Of a stretch of 64,000 nucleotides of DNA, positions 54,548-61,400 are shown piece after piece. Location of the stretch: NCBI GenBank assembly GCA_017882785.1, contig JADGOV010000002.1, positions 2,685 through 66,684 on the forward strand, given 5' to 3'. Made by a program: the position numbers and the translations under genes. Each line of letters opens with the position of its first letter. Position 1 is the first letter of the stretch. A model generated the notes under the pieces. That model made no database searches. It had not been told where the DNA came from and worked only from the letters and a program-made list of their open reading frames with translations. The stretch comes from Frankiaceae bacterium (GTDB taxonomy: Bacteria; Actinomycetota; Actinomycetes; JADGOV01).

Positions 54548-56905
54548 CTAGTCGAAGTGCCCGTTCGACGCCACCACGAGCTTCCCGGCGGCGGCGGGAG
54601 CCGGCACCTCGGTGCCCGGCAGATCGGCCAGCACCGCACCGAGCAACCGTACGGCTGCTGCCTTGTCGAGCGGGTGGTTGCCGTTGCCGCACTTCGGTGA
54701 GTGCACGCAGGACGGGCAGCCCTCCTCGCAGCGGCAGCCGGCGATCGCGTCCCTGGTGGAGGTGAGCCATCGGCGGGTGGCTGCAAAGCCCCGTTCGGCG
54801 AAGCCGGCGCCGCCGGGCGCACCGTCATAGACGAAGATGGTCGCAAACCCGGTGTCCGGGTGCACGGCGGTGGACATGCCCCCCAGATCCCATCGATCGC
54901 ACGTCGCGACCAGCGGCAGCAGGGCGATGGCGGCGTGCTCCGCGGCGTGTGCCGCACCCGGGACGGCCCCGTTGGCGATACCGGCCGCGGTGAGCAGGGT
55001 CGGCGGCATGGTCCACCACACCGCACGAGTCCGGAGAAAGTGGCGTGGGAGGTCGAGTGGTTCCTCGCCGAGGACCTCACCACTGGGGAGTCGGCGGCGA
55101 AGGTACCCGACCACCTGGGTGGTCACGTCCACAGTGCCGAACTGCACCGTAACGCTTGCTCCCCGCGTCTGCCGAAGCTGGGCGACGATCCGGATGTCCG
55201 TGCTGCGCCGGGCCCAGGTGGAGTAATCCGGCTGGGCGGGCTCGACAAGGGCAACGCCATCCTCAACGTCGTAGTCAATGACGAGGTAGGTCACGCCCTG
55301 GTGGAGGTAGACGGCGCCGCGGTGGACGGTCGCGTCCGCGTTCGCCGCGTCGACGGTCCCCAGCAGCCGGCCGGTGCCGGCCTCCACCACACATATCGGC
55401 GGACCGCCGCCGCCCCGCAGGTCCACCTGGGACGCCGCCCGTCGGGGTCGGGTGCAGAACCACCCGGTCGCGCGACGCCGCAGGGTCCCACGCACCATCA
55501 GGTGATGCACCACATCCTGCGCCGACGGCCCGAAGCGGCTCAGGTCCGCATCATTGAGAGGGCGCTCCTGCGCCGCTGCTGCCAGGTGTGGAGCCAGGAC
55601 GTAGGGGTTGTCCGGGTCCAGCACCGTGGCCTCTACCGGCCGGCCGAACAGCGTCTCGGGATGACGCAGAAAGTAGGTGTCGAGCGGTTCGTCCCGTGCG
55701 ACCAGGATCGCCAGTGCGTCGGCGCCGCGACGGCCGGCACGTCCGGCCTGCTGCCACATGGACGCGACCGTTCCTGGGTAGCCGGCCATGACGACGGCGT
55801 CCAGCCCGCGCAGATCGACGCCGAGCTCCAGCGCGCTGGTGGCGGCCACCCCGAGGAGCCGGCCCTGTCGCAGGTCGGCCTCCAGCGCCCGCCGCTCCTC
55901 CGGCAGGTAGCCGGCGCGGTAGGCCGCCACCCTGCCGGCGAGTTCGGGTGCGGTCTCGGCCAGCAGCCGGCGAGTGGCGATCGCCACGCCCTCAGCCCCG
56001 GCCCGGGAGCGGATGAAGGCCAACGACGGTATCCCGCTGGCGACGAGGTCCGCCAGCAACTCCGCGGCCTCCGCCGTTGCCGACCGACGGGGTCCGGACG
56101 GGTCGGTGGACCCGGCCGGACCGGGCTCCCAGAGCACCAGGTCGATAGCCCCGCGCGGCGAGCCGTCGGTGACCACCTCGGCCACCTCCGCGCCTACCAG
56201 CCGCGTTGCCGACGCGGCCGGGGAGGCGACAGTCGCGGATGCCAGCAGATACGCCGGATCGGCCCCGTGCAACTCGCAGATGCGCTGTAGCCGGCGCAGC
56301 ACCAGGGCCACGTGCGAGCCGAACACGCCCCGGTAGCGGTGGCACTCGTCGATGACGACGTACTGCAGGCGTCGCCAGAACCGGGCCCAGCGGGCATGCC
56401 CCGGCAGCATGCCGCAATGCAGCATGTCCGGGTTGGTGAGCACGATGTTGGCGTAGGCGCGGGCCCAGTCTCGCTCGGCGTAGGAAGAGTCACCGTCGAA
56501 GGTGGCAGCCTGCACGCCGGCGAGGCCGAGGGAGCGGATGCCGGCGAGTTGGTCCGCGCCCAGCGCCTTGGACGGGCTGAGGTACAAGACAGTGGCCTCA
56601 CGCTGCATGAGGGCCGACAGCGCTGGTAGCAGATAGCACAGCGACTTGCCGGAGGCGGTTCCGGTGGCGGTCACCACCGAGCGACCGGCCCACCCCAGGG
56701 CCGCCGCCTCCACCTGGTGGGACCAGGCCGCCGGCACCCCCCCGGCCGCGAGGCGGTCGAGAAGTCGCGCCGGCACGAACGACGGCCAGGGCACCGTCTG
56801 GGCCGACCGCGCCGGGAGGTGCTCGATCGACACCACCCGCTGCCTTCTGCGCGGGTCGAGACAGAGCCGGTCGAGCAACGTCGCCGGCGGAGCTGAGGCA
56901 AGCAC
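54548..56905 (-). CDS. DEAD/DEAH-box (DECH) helicase with C-terminal DUF1998/MrfA-type Zn domain (Rv3649-like)
   Basis: GTASGKS, VIDECHRY, SAT, QQAGRAGRRG and the C-terminal CRCEEGCPSCVHSPKCGNGNHPLDK. Confidence 0.9.
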   Translation of the reverse strand: MLASAPPATLLDRLCLDPRRRQRVVSIEHLPARSAQTVPWPSFVPARLLDRLAAGGVPAAWSHQVEAAALGWAGRSVVTATGTASGKSLCYLLPALSALMQREATVLYLSPSKALGADQLAGIRSLGLAGVQAATFDGDSSYAERDWARAYANIVLTNPDMLHCGMLPGHARWARFWRRLQYVVIDECHRYRGVFGSHVALVLRRLQRICELHGADPAYLLASATVASPAASATRLVGAEVAEVVTDGSPRGAIDLVLWEPGPAGSTDPSGPRRSATAEAAELLADLVASGIPSLAFIRSRAGAEGVAIATRRLLAETAPELAGRVAAYRAGYLPEERRALEADLRQGRLLGVAATSALELGVDLRGLDAVVMAGYPGTVASMWQQAGRAGRRGADALAILVARDEPLDTYFLRHPETLFGRPVEATVLDPDNPYVLAPHLAAAAQERPLNDADLSRFGPSAQDVVHHLMVRGTLRRRATGWFCTRPRRAASQVDLRGGGGPPICVVEAGTGRLLGTVDAANADATVHRGAVYLHQGVTYLVIDYDVEDGVALVEPAQPDYSTWARRSTDIRIVAQLRQTRGASVTVQFGTVDVTTQVVGYLRRRLPSGEVLGEEPLDLPRHFLRTRAVWWTMPPTLLTAAGIANGAVPGAAHAAEHAAIALLPLVATCDRWDLGGMSTAVHPDTGFATIFVYDGAPGGAGFAERGFAATRRWLTSTRDAIAGCRCEEGCPSCVHSPKCGNGNHPLDKAAAVRLLGAVLADLPGTEVPAPAAAGKLVVASNGHFD

Positions 56906-57029
56906 AATCGACCCAGTCTGGCACTTGGGCAGTCCTCACACCGGGAGCGCGCCGCGTGCCGGCTGGGTTTCGTCCGGCCGCGCGGGGAAATCCCCCCATC
57001 AACCGACCGTGGTTGAATCGGCGGACGCA

Positions 57030-57075
57030 AGGAGTACAGACGAGTCACCGACGAGTACACCGACGAATACAGAAC
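57030..57075. repeat. four phased direct repeats (GAGTACA-like) at 10-12 bp spacing upstream of the STAS gene
   Basis: gagtaca (57032), gagtcac (57042), gagtaca (57053) and gaataca (57065). The array ends about 50 nt upstream of GTG 57122. Confidence 0.75.
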
Positions 57076-57121
57076 ACGGTTACCCGGGCCGCGGTGCCGA
57101 TGTTCGCGGCTGGAGGAGCGC

Positions 57122-57460
57122 GTGGACCTGTCCCTCTCGACTCGGACCGAGGGCGATCGCACCGTCGTCGTGGTGGGCGGTGAGATCGACGTCTACACCG
57201 CACCCAAACTGCGCGAACAGCTGATCGACCTGGTGTCCGCCGGCAACTACCACCTCGTCGTGGACATGGAGAACGTCGACTTTCTTGACTCCACCGGCCT
57301 CGGCGTGCTCGTGGGCGGCCTGAAGCGGGTGCGCGCACACGACGGGACGTTGCAGCTGGTCTGCACCGAGGAGCGCATCCTCAAGATCTTTCGCATCACC
57401 GGCCTGACCAAGGTCTTCCCCATCCACTCCTCGGTCGCCGAGGCCGTCGCCGCCACCTGA
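57122..57460 (+). CDS. bldG: STAS-domain anti-sigma-factor antagonist (BldG-type)
   Basis: GGAGGAG RBS and a GTG start. [13 protein letters not shown] carries the phosphorylatable Ser/Thr context. Followed by an anti-sigma kinase and hppA, as in Streptomyces. Confidence 0.85.
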   Translation: MDLSLSTRTEGDRTVVVVGGEIDVYTAPKLREQLIDLVSAGNYHLVVDMENVDFLDSTGLGVLVGGLKRVRAHDGTLQLVCTEERILKIFRITGLTKVFPIHSSVAEAVAAT

Positions 57461-57464
57461 GGCG

Positions 57465-58001
57465 GTGCCCAGGATGGCCGTCGTCGAGGTCAGCTTCAGC
57501 GCCCTGCCGGCCCACGTACGGACCGCAAGGCTGGTGGCCAGCGCTGTGGCGCGCCGGTCGGGTGTGGCGGAGTCCGAACTCGACGAGGTGCGTTTCGCCG
57601 TCGGAGAAGCCTGCCTGCGAGCGGTCCACCTGCACCGTCGACTTGTCCCCACCGAGCAGGTGCGGATGGAGATCGTCGCCGAGTCCAGGCGGCTCACCGT
57701 CACAGTCATCGACGCAGCGCCAGAGGGCGCGTGGGAACTCGATGTCATGCAGGAGGTCATGCAGGAGGTCGGTGGGTCCTCCCGCCGCCACCCGGCTCGG
57801 GCACGGAGCAACGTGTCCTGGGACGCCGGGCCGGTGACTGACACGGCCGGGGGGTTCCTCCACGAGGGGTTCGGCCTGGCAGTCATCCGGGGCCTCGTGG
57901 ATGACGTCGAGATCAGCGCCGAACCGGCCGGAATCGGCACGCGGGTGACGATGTCCTGGCCGCTCGTCGCCACGTCGCTCCCCAGCCGCGCCGAGCCGTG
58001 A
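57465..58001 (+). CDS. anti-sigma regulatory factor (RsbW/SpoIIAB-like Ser kinase, HATPase_c)
   Basis: LDEVRFAVGEAC N-box-like segment and the GFGLAVIRGLVDDVEI G-box. 4 nt after the STAS gene stop. Confidence 0.75.
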   Translation: MPRMAVVEVSFSALPAHVRTARLVASAVARRSGVAESELDEVRFAVGEACLRAVHLHRRLVPTEQVRMEIVAESRRLTVTVIDAAPEGAWELDVMQEVMQEVGGSSRRHPARARSNVSWDAGPVTDTAGGFLHEGFGLAVIRGLVDDVEISAEPAGIGTRVTMSWPLVATSLPSRAEP

Positions 58002-58172
58002 CCCCGTGCCAGTAAGGCACCCGTGATCGCATACAATGTGCCCCGTTCGCCCGTCTACCCCCGGTTTTCTCTCACGGATGGGGACGCCTCGCGGCAGGCG
58101 TGGAGTTGGCGGTGCCGGCGCTGCGCACGCCGTTGACGGACCCTGAGTCGCGCTCGTTCGAGGAGGACAAGG

Positions 58173-60473
58173 ATGTCCAGCAGTAACTTCGTGGCGGAGG
58201 GCGGCCGGCTCGCCTCCATCTCCGGCGGGGACAAGACGCTGGTGTGGATCATCGTTCTGGTTGCCCTGTTCGCGCTGGGCGTCGCCTTCTTCTTCGCTCG
58301 GGAAGTGCTCCGGGCCCCGCAGGGCACCCAGAAGATGCAGGACATCTCCAAGGCGGTGCAGGAGGGTGCGTCGGCGTACCTGGCCCGGCAGTTCCGCACC
58401 CTCTCCCTGTTCGCGGTGCTGGTCTTCTTCCTGCTGTTGTTGTTGCCGGCGGACACCGCCGGGGTCCGCATCGGTCGCTCCATCTTCTTCCTGATCGGTG
58501 GACTCTTCTCGGCGTTCGTCGGCTTTGCCGGCATGACGCTGTCCACTCGAGCCAACGTCCGCGTCGCCGCCGCGGCGAACGACGCCGGGGCGAAGCGGGC
58601 AGTGCGCATCGCCTTCCGTGCCGGTGGCGTGGTGGGCATGCTCACCGTCGGGCTGGGTCTGCTCGGCGCGTCGGTCGAGCTGATCCTGTTCAACAACCAT
58701 GCCCCGCAGGTGCTCGAAGGCTTCGGTTTCGGTGGCGCGCTGCTCGCGATGTTCATGCGAGTCGGCGGCGGCATCTTCACCAAGGCGGCCGACGTCGGCG
58801 CCGACCTGGTCGGCAAGGTCGAGCAGGGCATACCCGAGGACGACCCGCGTAATGCGGCGACGATCGCGGACAACGTGGGGGACAACGTCGGCGACTGCGC
58901 CGGCATGGCCGCGGACCTGTTCGAGTCCTACGCCGTCATGTTGGTCGCAGCGCTGATCCTCGGCCAGACGGCCCTCGGCGAGAAGGGTCTGGTCTTCCCG
59001 CTCATCGTGCCGATGCTCGGCGTCGTGACGGCCCTGCTCGGCATCCTCGTCACCAACCTGCGTTCGGGTGACCGCAACGCGATGGCCGCGATCAACCGTG
59101 GCTTCTTCATCTCGGCGGTGGTCTCCGCCGTGCTGGTCGCCATAGCGGCCTACCTGTATCTGCCGTCCTCGTTCTCCGACTTCCCGGGTATGCCGGTGGC
59201 TGACGTGTCTGGCAGTCCGCGCCTGGTCGCCCTCGGTGCGGTGGTGATCGGGCTGCTGCTGGCCAGCGCCATCCAGGTCTTGACCGGCTACTTCACCGAG
59301 ACCAATCGCAAACCTGTGCAGGACATCGGCCGCTCCTCGCTGACCGGGGCAGCGACTGTCATCCTCGGCGGCGTATCGGTGGGCCTGGAGTCGGCGGTGT
59401 ACTCGGCGCTGCTCGTCGGCGGCGCGGTCTACCTGGCCTTCCTGCTCGGACATGGTGTGGTCGTGTTGGCCCTGTTCTGCGTGGCGCTGGCCGGTACGGG
59501 TCTGCTCACCACGGTCGGCGTCATCGTCGCCATGGACACCTTCGGTCCGATCAGTGACAATGCCCAGGGCATCGCCGAGATGTCCGGTGACATCAACCCG
59601 GCCGGTGCGGTGGTCCTGACGTCCCTGGACGCGGTCGGCAACACCACGAAGGCGATCACCAAGGGCATCGCGATCGCAACGGCCGTGCTCGCGGCGACTG
59701 CGCTGTTCGGGTCGTTCGCCACGTCCGTACGGGGCGCCGGCGTTGTTGACTTCGCGCTGTCCATCGACCACCCCAACCTGCTGTTCGGGCTGATCATTGG
59801 CGCGTCTGTGGTCTTCTTCTTCTCCGGCCTGGCTATCAACGCGGTGAACCGGGCCGCCGGGCGAGTGGTCTTCGAGGTCCGCGCCCAGTTCCGCGACAAC
59901 CCCGGCATCATGGACTTCTCGGTGCGCCCGGACTACGCGCGCGTGGTCGACATCTGCACGAAGGACTCGCTGCGCGAGCTGGCCACACCTGGCCTGCTCG
60001 CTGTGCTGGCCCCGATCGCTGTCGGCTTCTTCCTCGGGTACGCGCCGCTCGGGGCCTTCCTGGCCGGGTCGATCGCTGCGGGCGTGCTGATGGCGGTCTT
60101 CTTCGCCAACTCCGGCGGCGCCTGGGACAACGCCAAGAAGCTCGTCGAGGACGGCAACTACGGCGGCAAGGGCTCCGAGGCACACGCCGCTACGGTTGTC
60201 GGGGATACGGTCGGTGACCCGTTCAAGGACACCGCCGGCCCCGCCCTGAACCCGCTGATCAAGGTCATGAACCTGGTGTCCTTGCTGATCGCCCCCAGCG
60301 TGGTCAAGTACGGCGTGCACGGCTCACACGAGAGCGCCTTCGTCCGGGTGTTGATCGGGGTGATCGCCCTGGGCACCATCGTGACCGCGGTCGTGATCTC
60401 CAAGCGTCGGGCCGTGGAGTTCGGTCCGACGGCGGTAGCCGAGGAGGCCGGCCAGCCCGCGATACGGGTCTAG
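58173..60473 (+). CDS. hppA: membrane-bound proton/sodium-translocating pyrophosphatase
   Basis: GGIFTKAADVGADLVGKVE and DNVGDNVGDCAGMAADLFESY signatures, with about 16 TM helices. Confidence 0.9.
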   Translation: MSSSNFVAEGGRLASISGGDKTLVWIIVLVALFALGVAFFFAREVLRAPQGTQKMQDISKAVQEGASAYLARQFRTLSLFAVLVFFLLLLLPADTAGVRIGRSIFFLIGGLFSAFVGFAGMTLSTRANVRVAAAANDAGAKRAVRIAFRAGGVVGMLTVGLGLLGASVELILFNNHAPQVLEGFGFGGALLAMFMRVGGGIFTKAADVGADLVGKVEQGIPEDDPRNAATIADNVGDNVGDCAGMAADLFESYAVMLVAALILGQTALGEKGLVFPLIVPMLGVVTALLGILVTNLRSGDRNAMAAINRGFFISAVVSAVLVAIAAYLYLPSSFSDFPGMPVADVSGSPRLVALGAVVIGLLLASAIQVLTGYFTETNRKPVQDIGRSSLTGAATVILGGVSVGLESAVYSALLVGGAVYLAFLLGHGVVVLALFCVALAGTGLLTTVGVIVAMDTFGPISDNAQGIAEMSGDINPAGAVVLTSLDAVGNTTKAITKGIAIATAVLAATALFGSFATSVRGAGVVDFALSIDHPNLLFGLIIGASVVFFFSGLAINAVNRAAGRVVFEVRAQFRDNPGIMDFSVRPDYARVVDICTKDSLRELATPGLLAVLAPIAVGFFLGYAPLGAFLAGSIAAGVLMAVFFANSGGAWDNAKKLVEDGNYGGKGSEAHAATVVGDTVGDPFKDTAGPALNPLIKVMNLVSLLIAPSVVKYGVHGSHESAFVRVLIGVIALGTIVTAVVISKRRAVEFGPTAVAEEAGQPAIRV

Positions 60474-60509
60474 GTACGGTCGAACAGCCGCCTGTCACTG
60501 CGACCGGGC

Positions 60510-60530
60510 CCGCTTCCCATCGGGAGGCGG
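60510..60530 (+). terminator. short hairpin downstream of hppA
   Basis: ccgcttccc-atc-gggaggcgg (9-bp stem with one G-U pair, 3-nt loop), 37 nt after the stop. Confidence 0.35.
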
Positions 60531-60614
60531 CTCCGGTTCGTAGCCAGGTGAACCTGTGCCGGACCTGTCCATTGCCTGCGCGTTGGTCGCATATCGGGGC
60601 CGGCTGTCCGGATT

Positions 60615-61328
60615 TTGTCGGGACCGAACTTGGCGCCTGCGGCCGGGGAAGGTCGCTCGACGGGTTACCGTTCGCTGATGCCGGCGCAGCTGTCGCTCTT
60701 CTCGGTCGGCGTCCGCCCTCCGGCGTACGCCGACCTCGAGGGCCTGCTCGCCGGGCCGGGACGGATGGCGCGGCGCGAGGGTGCGTCCCGGCTGTCCCTG
60801 GTGCTGCCGCGGCCGGATCCGTGGCGGGTGACGGCCCTGCTCGCCGGCCTCGCCGAACTCGGACTGGCCGGTGAGACGATCAGCGACGACCTCGGGCTGT
60901 GCCTGCGGACGCCGTTCGCGCAGGAGTTGACGCCCCTCGCGGAGCGCTGGACCAGCGGGGCGCTGACCACGGCACCACCCGGGCTGGCGCTGGACGGACC
61001 TCGGCTACGGTGGTGGTGCCTAGCGGCCGGGCATGCCGCCGCCGTCGGTTACGTTCTCCTCCTCGGCAACGATGAGGTGTCCTGGTCGCGGGTCGGTGGA
61101 GCGCTTGCCGCCGCTGGTATTCCCGGGACCCTGGTCCGAGCCCGAAGCGGTGGCGGCACGCAGTCGGCACATGGCCGCGAGGCATCCCGGCTGGAATCTC
61201 CGGCGTACCGCATCGTCGGTGCCCGTCGACTCCGTCGGCTGGCCGAGTTGATCGGTCCAGCGCCCGACGGCGCCGCGGTCGCGGAGTGGCCGGGTGCGCA
61301 ACGTCAGGCCAGCTCGCCGGCACAGTAG
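60615..61328 (+). CDS. conserved hypothetical protein upstream of topA
   Basis: Protein-like composition and no recognisable motif. The start may be ATG 60678 (MPAQLSLFS...). Confidence 0.45.
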   Translation: MSGPNLAPAAGEGRSTGYRSLMPAQLSLFSVGVRPPAYADLEGLLAGPGRMARREGASRLSLVLPRPDPWRVTALLAGLAELGLAGETISDDLGLCLRTPFAQELTPLAERWTSGALTTAPPGLALDGPRLRWWCLAAGHAAAVGYVLLLGNDEVSWSRVGGALAAAGIPGTLVRARSGGGTQSAHGREASRLESPAYRIVGARRLRRLAELIGPAPDGAAVAEWPGAQRQASSPAQ

Positions 61329-61400
61329 GACGCCGGCGAGCGGCGAGGTTAGGGGCCAAGAAGAGGGCCCAGGGAAGGGCCACAAGGGAAGGGAAGCAAC

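Noticed and set aside
57095-57104. GCCGATGT resembling the -10 element of WhiG/FliA-type promoters upstream of the bldG-type gene
   Set aside because: No TAAA-like -35 element lies at the right distance, and the element is only about 20 nt from the start codon.
57396-60320. 974-aa minus-strand ORF
   Set aside because: It is antisense to the anti-sigma kinase and the unmistakable H+-PPase gene. Its Arg/Asp/Gly/His-rich composition shows no domain signatures.
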